A stretch of 64,000 nt of DNA from contig JAXGPC010000003.1 in NCBI GenBank assembly GCA_040767155.1, positions 565,520 to 629,519 on the forward strand. The letters are read 5' to 3'. Positions 36,177 to 47,206 of this stretch are shown here, piece by piece (positions within the stretch are counted from its first letter, which is position 1; every line of letters begins with the position of its first letter). The DNA is from Anaerolineae bacterium (lineage in GTDB: Bacteria; Chloroflexota; Anaerolineae; B4-G1; SLSP01). A program made the translations under genes and the position numbers. The notes under the pieces are model-generated. The model searched no databases. It was given only the letters and a program-made list of their open reading frames with translations, and was not told where the DNA came from.

Positions 36177-38608
36177 TGGACTGGGACAGCCTACCTCTCG
36201 CGCCGGAGGAGTTGTTCGGCATGGGTATGGATGCTTCACCCACGAAAGGTGGACCCTTCAAGGCTGTCATTCTGCCACTCCGCGAGTTGGTTGTCTACCC
36301 TCATATGATCAGCCCCCTCTACGTCACACGTGACCCGTCGCTGCAGGCGCTTACGACGGCGATGCAGGAGGACTGGCCGATCGTGGTCATCGCACAGCGT
36401 GACGATCGACGTGAGACCTACCCAGGACCGGACGATCTGTATACCATCGGCACGGAGGTCGTCATCGCACGCTCCATTCGCATGCCCGATGGCACGACAA
36501 GTGCCATTGCGCAGGGCGCCGGACGCGTGAAGCTCATCAAGGTCGTTCAGAAACTCCCCTATCTTGTCGGCATCTTTGAGGCGCTTCCCGAGGTCACGGA
36601 CGACTCGGCCCTGACCGAGGCCCTGACGCGTGCGATCCTGACCATGTTCGAGAAGGTCGTCCGGCTCAACCCTGCCTTGCCAGATGAAGCGTACGTCCAT
36701 GCCATGAACGTCAAAGGACCAGGGCAACTGGCCGATGTGGTGGCCCAGATCATCACGCTTTCGACGGCAGTGCGACAAGAGCTCCTGGAGACTCAGGATA
36801 TCACGCAGCGCCTCAGGCAAATCAGTACGCTTCTGGCACGCGAGCTCGACGTCCTTGAGTTAGAGGATCAGATCCACACCTCGGTCCAGAAAGAGGTCGA
36901 CAAAACACAGCGAGAGTATTTCCTGCGTGAGCGTCTGAGAGCCATTCAGCAGGAGCTTGGCGAGATCGATGGATTCACCAGAGACATGGCCGCGCTCCGC
37001 CGTCGCCTGGAAGATGGTGAGTACCCCGACCACGTTACCAAACGTGCGGAGGAGGAACTGAGACGCCTCTCGATGATGCCATCGATGGCTCCCGAGGTCG
37101 GCATCCTGCGCACCTATCTGGAGTGGCTACTGGAGCTTCCATGGTCCAAGGCGACCCAGGACAACCTCGACATCGCCCACGCGGAGAAGGTACTCGAGTC
37201 ACAGCACTTCGGCCTCCCCAAGGCCAAACAGCGCATCCTCGAATACATCGCCGTCCGCAAAATGGCGCAGGCGAGACGTCAGAGCACGATCCTGTGCTTC
37301 GTCGGGCCGCCGGGCACAGGCAAGACCTCGCTAGGGCGCTCTATAGCGGAGGCACTGGGACGCGAGTTCGTGCGAGTATCCCTCGGCGGAGTCCGCGACG
37401 AGGCTGAGGTACGAGGGCACCGCCGGACCTACGTCGGTGCCCTGCCAGGACGGATCCTGCAGACGATGCGTCGTGCCGGAACGACCAATCCCGTTTTCAT
37501 GCTCGATGAAGTCGACAAGATCGGGACCGATTTCCGGGGCGATCCTTCATCGGCGCTCCTCGAGGTGCTCGACCCCGAGCAGAACTGGGCCTTCTCCGAC
37601 CACTATCTGGAGATTGCCTACGATCTGTCGCAAGTGCTCTTCATCGCTACGGCCAACGTCCTCGGCACCATTCCCCCGGCACTCCAGGACAGGATGGAGG
37701 TGATCGAGTTCCCCGGCTACACAGAGTTGGAGAAGATGGAGATCGTCAGGCGTTACCTCATTCCGCGGCAGATCGAGCAGAACGGCCTGGGCGTGGCGCC
37801 GCCGGTATTTCCGCCGGCGACTCTCCGCAGACTCATCCGGCAGTACACCTACGAGGCGGGCGTCCGTAACCTCGAACGCGAGATTGGCAGCATCTGCCGC
37901 AAGGCCACGATGCGGCTCGCGTCGGGAAAGCCTCCCTTGCACACCGTCACCGTGCAGTCGCTGCAGCGCTATCTCGGCCCGCCCCGCTACCAGCAGGAAC
38001 ATGCCGAAACCGAGAACGTGGTCGGCCTGAGCATGGGACTTGCCTGGACCCCCAACGGTGGGGACCTGCTTCCAGTTGAGGTCACCTTGACACCCGGGAA
38101 GGGCAATCTGACACTAACTGGGCAACTGGGTGGGGTGATGCAGGAATCGGCTCGCGCCGCACTCACCTACTTGCGCTCCCAGGCCACTGCCTGGAATCTC
38201 TCGCCAGAGGCTTTCGAGAAGTCCGACATCCACATCCACTTCCCGGAAGGAAGCATTGCCAAGGATGGCCCGAGCGGCGGGATCACCATTGCCACGGCCC
38301 TCGTCTCGGCATTCACAGGTCATCCGGTCAGCCATGCCGTGGCGATGACCGGCGAGATAACCTTGCGAGGACGCGTGCTCGCCGTCGGGGGACTCAAGGA
38401 GAAGCTACTGGCGGCTCATCGTGCCGGAGTGCGGACCGTCATCCTGCCGGCACGAAACCGCAAGGACATCCAGGACGTACCCAAGGAGATTCGTAGACAG
38501 CTATGCCTCGTCTATGTCGAGACGATGGACGAAGTGCTCGCCGGAGCACTCATCCGCCCCACTGACACCGGGCTAGCTTCAGACGACTCCGCCCCGTCAG
38601 CAGCCTGA
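36176..38608 (+). CDS. lon: ATP-dependent Lon protease
   Basis: ORF 36158..38608; ATG 36176 overlaps the folC TGA (TGATG), GGAGAA upstream; LON N domain, AAA+ [15 protein letters not shown], protease Ser in [21 protein letters not shown]. Confidence 0.9.
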   Translation: MDWDSLPLAPEELFGMGMDASPTKGGPFKAVILPLRELVVYPHMISPLYVTRDPSLQALTTAMQEDWPIVVIAQRDDRRETYPGPDDLYTIGTEVVIARSIRMPDGTTSAIAQGAGRVKLIKVVQKLPYLVGIFEALPEVTDDSALTEALTRAILTMFEKVVRLNPALPDEAYVHAMNVKGPGQLADVVAQIITLSTAVRQELLETQDITQRLRQISTLLARELDVLELEDQIHTSVQKEVDKTQREYFLRERLRAIQQELGEIDGFTRDMAALRRRLEDGEYPDHVTKRAEEELRRLSMMPSMAPEVGILRTYLEWLLELPWSKATQDNLDIAHAEKVLESQHFGLPKAKQRILEYIAVRKMAQARRQSTILCFVGPPGTGKTSLGRSIAEALGREFVRVSLGGVRDEAEVRGHRRTYVGALPGRILQTMRRAGTTNPVFMLDEVDKIGTDFRGDPSSALLEVLDPEQNWAFSDHYLEIAYDLSQVLFIATANVLGTIPPALQDRMEVIEFPGYTELEKMEIVRRYLIPRQIEQNGLGVAPPVFPPATLRRLIRQYTYEAGVRNLEREIGSICRKATMRLASGKPPLHTVTVQSLQRYLGPPRYQQEHAETENVVGLSMGLAWTPNGGDLLPVEVTLTPGKGNLTLTGQLGGVMQESARAALTYLRSQATAWNLSPEAFEKSDIHIHFPEGSIAKDGPSGGITIATALVSAFTGHPVSHAVAMTGEITLRGRVLAVGGLKEKLLAAHRAGVRTVILPARNRKDIQDVPKEIRRQLCLVYVETMDEVLAGALIRPTDTGLASDDSAPSAA

Positions 38609-38641
38609 GCCTCATGCGCTAGCTGCAGAGCTCAGACACAC

Positions 38642-38671
38642 AACGAGGCGCACCCATAAGTGCGCCTCGTT
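38642..38671. terminator. bidirectional terminator hairpin between convergent lon and hpf
   Basis: AACGAGGCGCAC-CCATAA-GTGCGCCTCGTT, perfect 12-bp stem. Confidence 0.55.
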
Positions 38672-38688
38672 CCTTGAACCGGTGAAGG

Positions 38689-39246
38689 TCAATAAGTAGG
38701 CTTGAGAACGCCGTAATCTCCATCCTCTCGGCGATAGACCACGCTCAGCCGCCCATCCGTCGCATCGACAAAGATGAAGAAGCGGTGCCCCAACAACTCC
38801 ATCTGCTCAATCGCCTCATCCGCCAGTATCGAGCTCACCTCGAACTCCTTGACCCGAACAATGTGAGGCACTTCCTCCTCAACCTGCTCCATCTCAGCCT
38901 CTGTCATGGGAGACACAATCGGTTCGGCCACAGTAGGTCGTCTCCGCATTTGTTGGCGCCCTTTGTATCGCTCCACCCGCCGGGACATCTTATCCATCAC
39001 CGCATCAATTGCCGCGTAGATATCACCGGCCCGCTCCTCCGCGCGCAGAATCGCCTTGGGGACGTATATCGTGATCTGTGCGACCATGCGCCGTGTGCTG
39101 TCTCGGTTATTGCTTTCGGAAAGGTCCACCCGGATACTGTCAAGATTCGGCAGATACCGCTGCAGTTTGGTGACCTTGCCATCCACATAATCGCGCAGAC
39201 GGTCTGTCAACTCCAGGTTTCGCGTGTAGATCTGCAGCATTTCCAT
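38689..39246 (-). CDS. hpf: ribosome hibernation promoting factor, long form
   Basis: 185 aa; sigma54-modulation/RaiA N-domain plus C-terminal dimerisation domain (...VKEFEVSSILADEAIEQMELLGHRFFIFVDA...). Confidence 0.85.
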   Translation of the reverse strand: MEMLQIYTRNLELTDRLRDYVDGKVTKLQRYLPNLDSIRVDLSESNNRDSTRRMVAQITIYVPKAILRAEERAGDIYAAIDAVMDKMSRRVERYKGRQQMRRRPTVAEPIVSPMTEAEMEQVEEEVPHIVRVKEFEVSSILADEAIEQMELLGHRFFIFVDATDGRLSVVYRREDGDYGVLKPTY

Positions 39247-39275
39247 ACGTCAAACCTCCTCGTCACAGAGATGAA

Positions 39276-39986
39276 CTAGACGGCATGTGCCAATGTGAAG
39301 GCATTCACCGTCCTGGCGCCCCGAGCCAGCAGGGCAACAGCACACGCATCAAGCGTCGCGCCGGTCGTTGCCACATCGTCGACCAGGGTAATGCGCAGGC
39401 CCGTCAGATCGGTCGCAGTGGCGCAAGCGAAAGCATCTTTCACATTGCTCCAACGTTCACGCGGGCTAAGCCGCGTCTGTGAAGCCGTCGCCCTTACCCT
39501 ATACAGAAGCAACTCCGCCAAAGGTAAGCCAATCTGAATAGCCAACTCACGAGCTAGTAGTTGCGATTGATTATAGCCGCGTTGTGCCTCGCGATCAATA
39601 TGCAGGGGAACTGGCACAAGCAAGTCAGCGGCCAAATGGTGCACCTGCCAGGCGTCTGCCATACGCTCTGCCAACGGGCGCGCCACACCCTGCCCGCCGC
39701 GGTACTTCAATGCGTGGATGGCATCTCGTACCGCGTCTTCGTAGACGAAGGCTGAGGAGATCGAGGCCAGATGAAGGGGCGTCGTTCGGCAACGATCACA
39801 CACACCCGGGCCTTCCCAGGCATCGCCACAGCGGGGGCACACTGGACGGTCGGCAAGGGGAAGCTTCTGCGCGCACGTGCGACACAACCACGTCTCCACC
39901 CGGCCACAGACGACACACCTGGGTGGCAGAACCAAGTCCAGCAGGACACGGTATAGCTGTTGGGCGAAGCGGGTGCCGCGTGCCAC
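39276..39986 (-). CDS. comF: ComF family protein (phosphoribosyltransferase domain with N-terminal zinc-finger)
   Basis: 236 aa; CVVCGRV...CRTCAQ...CPRCG...CDRC Cys4 motifs plus PRTase motif ITLVDDVATTGATL. Confidence 0.75.
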   Translation of the reverse strand: MARGTRFAQQLYRVLLDLVLPPRCVVCGRVETWLCRTCAQKLPLADRPVCPRCGDAWEGPGVCDRCRTTPLHLASISSAFVYEDAVRDAIHALKYRGGQGVARPLAERMADAWQVHHLAADLLVPVPLHIDREAQRGYNQSQLLARELAIQIGLPLAELLLYRVRATASQTRLSPRERWSNVKDAFACATATDLTGLRITLVDDVATTGATLDACAVALLARGARTVNAFTLAHAV

Positions 39987-40013
39987 GCGCCCCCACCTCC
40001 TGATCAGACCGAC

Positions 40014-40949
40014 CTAGAACGAGCCGAAGACGCCAGAATCTCGGATCTGGATCAACGCAGGACCTAGCAGCACAATCAGGATAGTCGGGAATATGAAAAA
40101 GACCAGCGGGATCATCATCTTGACGGGCGCCTGCCGTGCTTTCTCCTCAGCCCGCTGGCGCCGCTTCATGCGCATCGTATCCGATTGGATACGCATCACC
40201 TTCGCCATACTGACACCGAGCTGGTCAGCCTGGATGATTGCAGCAGTAAAGCTGGTCACGTCGGGAACATCCATGCTTCCAGCCATATCGCGCAGCGCCT
40301 CACGCCGCAACTTACCCAACTGCATCTCCTGCACCGTTCGCGAGAAGGCCCGGCTCAGCTCATTGTCCCACTTCTCTGCTACCTTCTGCATCGCTGCGTC
40401 GAAGCCCAGGCCTGCTTCGACACAGATCGTTAGAAGGTCAAGCGCGTCAGGCATGGCCTTGGTGATCTCGTCCTGACGTTTCTTGATCTTCGACCCAAGC
40501 CACGTCCCGGGGAGAAGATAGCCCAGGACGAAGCCAACGCCGATGATCAACAACCTCTGCATGAACGGCATCACCGATGAAAGAACGACCAGGACCGCCA
40601 GCACCCCAAGAACCAGGGCGCCCCCTATGCGATAGGCCAGAAACTGTGCCGGCTTGAGCTTGTGGGATATGCCCGCCAGCATCAACTGGTGTCTGACTGT
40701 CTCGAGCGAATTCTGAGGGGTGAACCGCTGAGCGACCTTTGCCAACGCCTCGAACATCGGAATCAGCACGCGCTGGCTAAAAGGCTGAGATAGCTCTAGC
40801 TCCTCGAGCGTCACCGACTGCCCTGACGCAGCCAGTTCGTTGAGCCGGTCCTCAATGCTCTGGGATGATCCGCGCCCTCTCAGGGCCGCGATGGTCAGGA
40901 CCGCCGCGACTGCCACCAGTCCACCAATGATGAATAGCGGTTCCATCAT
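40014..40949 (-). CDS. tadC: Flp pilus assembly protein TadC (type II secretion system F domain)
   Basis: 311 aa; T2SSF domain; polytopic. Confidence 0.75.
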   Translation of the reverse strand: MMEPLFIIGGLVAVAAVLTIAALRGRGSSQSIEDRLNELAASGQSVTLEELELSQPFSQRVLIPMFEALAKVAQRFTPQNSLETVRHQLMLAGISHKLKPAQFLAYRIGGALVLGVLAVLVVLSSVMPFMQRLLIIGVGFVLGYLLPGTWLGSKIKKRQDEITKAMPDALDLLTICVEAGLGFDAAMQKVAEKWDNELSRAFSRTVQEMQLGKLRREALRDMAGSMDVPDVTSFTAAIIQADQLGVSMAKVMRIQSDTMRMKRRQRAEEKARQAPVKMMIPLVFFIFPTILIVLLGPALIQIRDSGVFGSF

Positions 40950-40955
40950 CCCTCC

Positions 40956-41909
40956 TCAGACCTCGATGTTCACAATCTTGCTGATCGAGATGTATCCAAT
41001 GACAATGAGTACCAACGAGATCCCCACCATCAACCATCCGCACGGATCGGCGAACAGCGGTCCCATGAACTCGGGGTTGATCATATAGATCACCCCACCA
41101 AGCACGAACGGAAGGGCTGTAATGAGGTAACCAGTGTAGCGTCCCTGAGACGTCAGAGTTCGGATCTCTCCCTTGATACGGACACGCTCGCGGATCGTGA
41201 AGCTGATCGCATCGAGCACCTCAGCCAGGTTGCCACCGACCTCACGCTGAACGCTCATCGCCGTGATGATCAGGTCCATGTCCGAACTGGGCATGCGCCG
41301 CATCAGGTTACCCATCGCGGTATCGAAACCGACACCGAGCTGCAACTCGAGCACGACACGCCCGAACTCCGTCGAGATGGGCGCAGGCATCTCATTGGAA
41401 ATGACCTCCAACGCCTGAACCGTGCTATAGCCTGCCCGGAGCGAGTTCACGATCAGGTTAAGTGCATCGCTTAACTGCCCGTTGAATTCCTTAAGTCGTT
41501 TGCTTTTCCGTGCACCCAGGTAGATCCGCGGAATAAAGAAACCGGCAATCACACCAACAGGGATGAGCACATAACGCCCCAGAACGTAGAAGATGAGTCC
41601 AAGCAGCAACGCCAACAGAAACGCCGAAACGAGGAACTCACCGACAGTCCATTTGAGGTCGGCCTGGGCCAGCTGGGTTGCCAGATTCTGGGCGAAGCTA
41701 CGTCCTTCGACGGCACGGTCAACGGCTGCGCTGACGATATTGTCGCGCCGGTCGGCCTTGCGTTCGGACTCCGCTCGCTCAGCCTTGCGTGATTGGCGCC
41801 CGAGCCGCTCCTCGACCAGAGCATCGCCCGCCGGCTTCCGCGTAAGGGCAACGATCAGCAGAATGACCCCGAAGAGGGCAATGCCCCCAGCTATAGCCAG
41901 GAATTCCAT
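40956..41909 (-). CDS. tadB: Flp pilus assembly protein TadB (type II secretion system F domain)
   Basis: 317 aa; T2SSF domain. Confidence 0.75.
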   Translation of the reverse strand: MEFLAIAGGIALFGVILLIVALTRKPAGDALVEERLGRQSRKAERAESERKADRRDNIVSAAVDRAVEGRSFAQNLATQLAQADLKWTVGEFLVSAFLLALLLGLIFYVLGRYVLIPVGVIAGFFIPRIYLGARKSKRLKEFNGQLSDALNLIVNSLRAGYSTVQALEVISNEMPAPISTEFGRVVLELQLGVGFDTAMGNLMRRMPSSDMDLIITAMSVQREVGGNLAEVLDAISFTIRERVRIKGEIRTLTSQGRYTGYLITALPFVLGGVIYMINPEFMGPLFADPCGWLMVGISLVLIVIGYISISKIVNIEV

Positions 41910-41976
41910 GATCAGTCACCTCTTCTACACCAGTCAGCTCGCTGCTACTGGGCACAAAGGACTAACCCAACCAGCA

Positions 41977-43377
41977 TCAGTACTTCAGCCGCTGGGCCAC
42001 ACCGAAAATCGAAGGCGGCAGATGGATGCCAGCTTGCTCGATGCGGTCAATGAACTTCGGGCGGATCCCTGTGGGTCTCAGACGACCGATGACGCGCCCA
42101 TCCTCGAACCCGCTCTGCTCAAACTTAAAGATATCGGCGGTAGTGATGACATCTCCCTCCATCCCCTGCACCTCAGTGATGGAGACAACTCGCCGAGAAC
42201 CGTCGCGCAAGCGCTCCAACTGCACGATCATATCAATCGCCGCTGCAACCTGCTCACGAATGGCCCGATGGGGAAGCTCCATACCCGCCATCAAGACCAT
42301 TGTCTCAAGTCTTGACAGCGAGTCTCGGGTGTTGTTCGCATGGATCGTAGTCATGCTACCTTCGTGGCCCGTGTTCATCGCCTGAAGCATGTCCAGGGCC
42401 TCTCCACCGCGGCACTCACCGACCACGATTCGATCCGGGCGCATCCGGAGTGCATTGATCACCAGATCGCGGATCGAGATCGCTCCCTTCCCCTCCACGT
42501 TCGGCGGACGGGACTCCAGGGTGACGACATGCTCTTGCCGTAGTTGCAGCTCCGCCGCATTCTCAATCGTGATGATGCGGACATCGGACGGAATGAAGCT
42601 GGACAGAACGTTAAGAAACGTTGTCTTCCCCGTGCCAGTGCCGCCGGACACGATGACGTTTGTTGCCGCGACGACGGCGGCCCGCAAGAACTCGATGGAC
42701 TCCTCAGTAATAGTTCCGAAGCGGACCAAATCCTCGACAGTCAGTGGCTTCTTGAAGAACTTGCGGATGGTAAGTACCGGTCCCTGCAACGAGATCGGCG
42801 GAATAACCGCGTTGACTCGCGACCCGTCCTTGAGCCGTGCATCCACCGTCGGGCTGCTCTCATCGATGCGCCGGCCCAACGGCGCTACGATGCGTTCGAT
42901 GATGCGCATCAGGTGTTCATCCGACTCAAAGGAGACGTTGACGCGTTGAATGCGACCAGCCCGCTCTACGAAGAGCTTCTTTGGACCGTTCACCATGATC
43001 TCGGTGATGGTGTCATCGGCTAACAGGGGTTCCAGGGGACCCAAGCCCAGGATCTCAGCGACAATCACCTCGAACAGCGCGTCCCGCTCACGGCGCCCCA
43101 GGATGATGCTCTCCTCTTGGAGGATCTCATCGTACATGACCTTGATCGTCTGCCGCACTTCTGCCGTGCGAGATACGTCCATCGCTGGGTCAAGTTCAGC
43201 AATAAGCCGGTTTTGCACGCGGTTCTTGAGATCCATGTAGGCGTCACGTGCCTGGGGTACCGGGCGGCGTTGTACGCCCTGGTCCGTGGGACCACCGTTG
43301 CCCAGAGACGAGTCCGGCTTCGCACCCGCTTCCGCCGGTTCAGCCGGCTTACGATCTAGCCTACGCAATAGAGACAT
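41977..43377 (-). CDS. cpaF: Flp pilus assembly ATPase CpaF/TadA (type II/IV secretion system protein E family)
   Basis: 466 aa; Walker A VIVSGGTGTGKTTFLN; TadA-family C-terminal domain. Confidence 0.85.
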   Translation of the reverse strand: MSLLRRLDRKPAEPAEAGAKPDSSLGNGGPTDQGVQRRPVPQARDAYMDLKNRVQNRLIAELDPAMDVSRTAEVRQTIKVMYDEILQEESIILGRRERDALFEVIVAEILGLGPLEPLLADDTITEIMVNGPKKLFVERAGRIQRVNVSFESDEHLMRIIERIVAPLGRRIDESSPTVDARLKDGSRVNAVIPPISLQGPVLTIRKFFKKPLTVEDLVRFGTITEESIEFLRAAVVAATNVIVSGGTGTGKTTFLNVLSSFIPSDVRIITIENAAELQLRQEHVVTLESRPPNVEGKGAISIRDLVINALRMRPDRIVVGECRGGEALDMLQAMNTGHEGSMTTIHANNTRDSLSRLETMVLMAGMELPHRAIREQVAAAIDMIVQLERLRDGSRRVVSITEVQGMEGDVITTADIFKFEQSGFEDGRVIGRLRPTGIRPKFIDRIEQAGIHLPPSIFGVAQRLKY

Positions 43378-43411
43378 AGCTCACCTCGTCGCTAGCGCTC
43401 GACAGCGCTGT

Positions 43412-44701
43412 TCACAACAAACGCCCAAGCCCAGTACGGCGCTGAGGCTCAGCAGCAGCGTCCTCCTCGGCGACCTGAGCGTGGACCCGCCCGTGGACTC
43501 TCTCAGCCAGGGTCGTTAGGGCCTGACCCAAGGGCGTGCGCGCACCCTTGACCATAATGGGCTCGCCCAGGTTAGCCGAGCGTAGGGCAATGCGCTCATC
43601 CATCGGCAGGTGCACGATGGCAGGCATCATCGCGCGCTCGATCGCCTCAGGCTGGATCCCCATACGCTTGTTGTCCACGCCATTGACAACCAGGCCGATC
43701 TTGCCCAGGTCGAGATGCATCCTGCTGCACAGATCGAGAAACATCCTGGCCCCACGGATCTCGGGGATGACCGGGCGCGTGACCACCAGCAGCAGATCAC
43801 TCGAATCCAGCGCTGTCAACAACACATCATCAACCTGATGCGCTGTGTCGATCAGTACGTAGTCGAACTGCGGCCGCACGAAATCGAGGATCGCCCGGAA
43901 AGGGCTGGCCATCCCATTGCCTTCGATCTCTCCGTCATGGAAGATATCTGCCTCTTCCGGGGACACAGGTGCGCAGAGCACCTTCACCCCCGACGCATGG
44001 GTGACCACAATGGAGTTGAGAAGATTGGGGTCGAGATCGGCTGCATGGGGGGCAAGGTCAGCAAGCGTACGCGAAGGCTGCAGCTTCATGAAGATCGACA
44101 CATCGCCGAACTGAAGGTTCGCGTCGATCAGGCAAATTCGAGCCTCAGGTCCCAGCAGGTTCTGCAGGGCCATAGCCAAGTTCACCGCAACCGTCGTGCA
44201 GCCGGTGCCCCCCTTGGGACTGTAAACAGTCACGAGCTTGGCCTCGGTAGCATGCGCCGACTGAGAACCGGATGCGCCGGATGCCGCTATGGCGCTAGCA
44301 GGTAGAGGGCCCGTACCCATCTTCTGCTTCAGTTTGTAGGCCCGATGGATCGCGTCCATCAACTCATCGGCCCCCGGTGGTTTGGTCAGATAGTCGCGCG
44401 CCCCGGCCATCATCGCCCGCCGCAGGTAGTCGGTCTCACCCTGAACCGACAACATGATCACCTGCACATTGGGGATGATCTCAATGACCTTCGACGTCGC
44501 GGCGATGCCGTCCATACCCGGCAGGTTGATGTCCATGAGGATGACGTCAGGCATGGCGCGGGTCACCTCTGAGACCGCAGCCTCGCCCGTCGCGACCATC
44601 GCCACCACCTCGACATCAGGGTCAAACGAGAGCAGTTTGCGAAGCTGCTCTCGTGTCTCCACGATGTCGTCGACGATCATTACCCGGATTCGGTCAGCCA
44701 T
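43412..44701 (-). CDS. cpaE: response-regulator receiver domain fused to CpaE-like ParA/MinD-family pilus assembly ATPase
   Basis: 429 aa; REC domain (VMIVDD...ILMDINLPGMDG...) then deviant Walker A KGGTGCTTVAVNLA. Confidence 0.75.
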   Translation of the reverse strand: MADRIRVMIVDDIVETREQLRKLLSFDPDVEVVAMVATGEAAVSEVTRAMPDVILMDINLPGMDGIAATSKVIEIIPNVQVIMLSVQGETDYLRRAMMAGARDYLTKPPGADELMDAIHRAYKLKQKMGTGPLPASAIAASGASGSQSAHATEAKLVTVYSPKGGTGCTTVAVNLAMALQNLLGPEARICLIDANLQFGDVSIFMKLQPSRTLADLAPHAADLDPNLLNSIVVTHASGVKVLCAPVSPEEADIFHDGEIEGNGMASPFRAILDFVRPQFDYVLIDTAHQVDDVLLTALDSSDLLLVVTRPVIPEIRGARMFLDLCSRMHLDLGKIGLVVNGVDNKRMGIQPEAIERAMMPAIVHLPMDERIALRSANLGEPIMVKGARTPLGQALTTLAERVHGRVHAQVAEEDAAAEPQRRTGLGRLL

Positions 44702-44715
44702 CGCCGTCTCTGATC

Positions 44716-45840
44716 CTATTCCTCAGGAATGGGTGTCGGCTCGGGCAGGACCTCCAGTGGCGGATGGAGTGGTGCGGGGCCAACCGGATCGTCGGGCATC
44801 TCGCCAGGCAGTTGGTACCGATCGAGAATGTACCTGAACCAGATCGGTTGGGTCTGCAAAACAGTGCCGGTCACCCCTGCAGGACGCAAGGCAAGGTCCA
44901 GGTCAGCACCCATTTCATACAGGTACTTCAGAACGAGAGCATCTTCACGAGTCACAAGCAGGGTCACCAGTTCGACCGTGCGCTCCTCTTCAACAGGAAC
45001 CGGTGTAGGAGCAGCCGCCTGGGCCGCACCGATCCCGCCCAGGACTCCCCCTTCACCTTCTGCCGCGGGTGCCATCTCGGCTGCGACATCGGTCGCACCA
45101 GTGTCTTCCTCCCAGGTCCCCACGTGCCAGACCACGGCATCCTGCACCGTCATCTGCACCAGCAGTGCCGGGTCAACGGCGACTTCGGTCTCCAAGGGAT
45201 GAATCGCCGCCCACTGTCCATTGGGCAAGAGCTCGAACCGACCAAATGGACTGGTCTGGGCAACGGCTTCCTCACCGGTGGACTGCAGATACGTGAACTG
45301 CTTGACGCCATCATCGAGGAACTCGGTGTACACCGGGACCATATTGAGTGCAGCCAGGACATCGACGCGGTCACCAGGTTCAATAGCCCAGCCAATGGCA
45401 CCCTGCACGTCAATAGGAATGGCGTAGGCTACCCGGTCATCAGGCTCGAACAGAGCAGCGGCAGAGCCTGAGACGGAGAGCATTCCCCCAGGTCGCCCCA
45501 CCATGTCCGGCAAGACCGGCATCCCGCGTGGGATCTCCATGCGCGCGAATTTCCCATCGACTTCCTCGAGCGAGGTAAAGTACTCATAGGGAAGGTTCTC
45601 GGTTGGCCACGCCTGCAGCGCGATCGCGTTGTCCTCAACACTGATCTGCATGCCGCGCGCGACATTCTGGATCGCCACTACGATGTCCACGGTCTCCACC
45701 GGGGCGGTCTCGGGAGTAATCTCCACCTCCTCGCCCGGTGTGTCTCCCGAACGCTGGAGGTACAGATAGGCGGCGCCGGCAAAGGCAGCCAGGATTACCA
45801 GAATCAAAGCAAAGATGACCAAACCTCTGTTCCCGCGCAT
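44716..45840 (-). CDS. cpaB: Flp pilus assembly protein CpaB (SAF/RcpC domain)
   Basis: 374 aa; N-terminal TM anchor, SAF-like domain, acidic/Pro-rich C-terminus; GGAGG RBS. Confidence 0.7.
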   Translation of the reverse strand: MRGNRGLVIFALILVILAAFAGAAYLYLQRSGDTPGEEVEITPETAPVETVDIVVAIQNVARGMQISVEDNAIALQAWPTENLPYEYFTSLEEVDGKFARMEIPRGMPVLPDMVGRPGGMLSVSGSAAALFEPDDRVAYAIPIDVQGAIGWAIEPGDRVDVLAALNMVPVYTEFLDDGVKQFTYLQSTGEEAVAQTSPFGRFELLPNGQWAAIHPLETEVAVDPALLVQMTVQDAVVWHVGTWEEDTGATDVAAEMAPAAEGEGGVLGGIGAAQAAAPTPVPVEEERTVELVTLLVTREDALVLKYLYEMGADLDLALRPAGVTGTVLQTQPIWFRYILDRYQLPGEMPDDPVGPAPLHPPLEVLPEPTPIPEE

Positions 45841-45933
45841 CAGGACCTCCTATTGACCAGGATGCTTCGGCGTACCGTTGCTGAGCTCGACCGATGGGCC
45901 ATACAGCCCCAAGTCAGAAGCGATTGTTTCGGT

Positions 45934-45967
45934 GCCTTTCATTATAACCTAATCTTAACGAATTTCC
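45934..45967 (-). promoter_or_regulatory. candidate promoter of the cpaB-cpaE-cpaF-tadBC operon
   Basis: Minus strand TTGACA ... TATAAT (perfect -10, long 23-nt spacer) in an AT-richer stretch about 90 nt upstream of the cpaB ATG. Confidence 0.3.
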
Positions 45968-46176
45968 ACTGTCAATGTGTCCGCGTGTCCGCATGACGCC
46001 CGAGATGGCACCGCTACGTCAGAGAATGGTAGTACAGACATTGTAGCATAGCGACAACACGCTGCAACAAAGAAGACGTAACGAGAACGTTGCAGATTAG
46101 AGGCAGATCACCATGCTTACATGCCCTGCTGTACGTCGGGAATGTCCGGATCGCGCTGCAGCGAGTGTCGGAACGC

Positions 46177-46204
46177 TTGACGCGCCAACCCCTACCGCTA
46201 TAAT
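46177..46204 (+). promoter_or_regulatory. near-consensus sigma70 promoter upstream of ftsY
   Basis: TTGACG-16 nt-TATAAT, about 65 nt upstream of the ftsY ATG. Confidence 0.55.
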
Positions 46205-46269
46205 CCCCGCACATGGTGCAGCGAGCGACACCATCCTCGCAGCGCAACCTTGAGAGGAACCCTGCCTGT

Positions 46270-47178
46270 ATGAAAAGCATTTTCGAGAGCCTTCGCAAGA
46301 CCCGCAACAGCGTCTTCGGCCAGATCGTGAACCTGTTTGGCGCTGGCGAGATCGACGACTCGACATGGGAAGACATCGAGTCCTTGCTGATCCAGGGTGA
46401 TGTCGGCGTAGAGACAACACTTGCCCTTGTGGAACGATTGCGACACAGGGTGGAGGCGGAGGGCATCTATCGAACGCAGAACCTTCATCGTGTCCTGCGT
46501 GAGGAGATCCGATCGCTGATGCCGGACCCTGGTCCGCTCAACCTCGACTGGCCTCTGGCTGTCATCCTCATCGTGGGGGTCAACGGATCGGGCAAGACCA
46601 CCAGTATCGGCAAGCTGGCTGCACACTACAAGGCTCAGGGCAAAAAGGTGGTCCTTGCGGCAGCCGATACCTTCAGGGCAGCAGCGATGGACCAGTTGGA
46701 GGTTTGGGGTACCCGCGTTGGCGTGCCCGTGATTAAGGGCCCCGAGGGCGGAGACCCCAGCGCCGTCGCTTTCGATGCGATGAAGCACGCACAGGCTCAC
46801 AGTGCCGATGTGCTCATCGTCGATACGGCCGGGAGGTTGCATACGCAGCACAACCTGATGTCAGAGCTCGAGAAGGTCCAGCGCGTCATCTCCAGACGAG
46901 TCGCCTGGGCTCCCCACGAGACCTTTCTTGTGCTCGATGCGGCGACCGGCCAGAATGGCCTCATCCAGGCGCAGCAGTTCTTCGCAGCCGTCAAAGTGAC
47001 TGGCATCATCCTGGCGAAACTCGACGGCAGCTCGCGAGGTGGCATGGTGTTGTCCATTGGCCACCAGCTTCATCTACCGGTCCGTTTTGTCGGGACGGGA
47101 GAACATATCGAGGATCTTGCACCGTTCGACCCGGAGGCCTTTTGCGATGGGCTACTTGGTGACCGGTCGGACACATAG
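46270..47178 (+). CDS. ftsY: signal recognition particle receptor FtsY
   Basis: ORF 46213..47178; preferred ATG 46270 ([18 protein letters not shown]); SRP54-type GTPase [20 protein letters not shown]. Confidence 0.9.
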   Translation: MKSIFESLRKTRNSVFGQIVNLFGAGEIDDSTWEDIESLLIQGDVGVETTLALVERLRHRVEAEGIYRTQNLHRVLREEIRSLMPDPGPLNLDWPLAVILIVGVNGSGKTTSIGKLAAHYKAQGKKVVLAAADTFRAAAMDQLEVWGTRVGVPVIKGPEGGDPSAVAFDAMKHAQAHSADVLIVDTAGRLHTQHNLMSELEKVQRVISRRVAWAPHETFLVLDAATGQNGLIQAQQFFAAVKVTGIILAKLDGSSRGGMVLSIGHQLHLPVRFVGTGEHIEDLAPFDPEAFCDGLLGDRSDT

Positions 47179-47206
47179 GACATTTCGAGAGAGGATAACC
47201 ACGACC

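Noticed and set aside
45845-45943. 32-codon ORF (MKGTETIASDLGLYGPSVELSNGTPKHPGQ) upstream of cpaB as a candidate Flp pilin
   Set aside because: No hydrophobic transmembrane stretch or Flp G/XXXXEY processing motif and no RBS. It overlaps the predicted -10 element of the cpa promoter.
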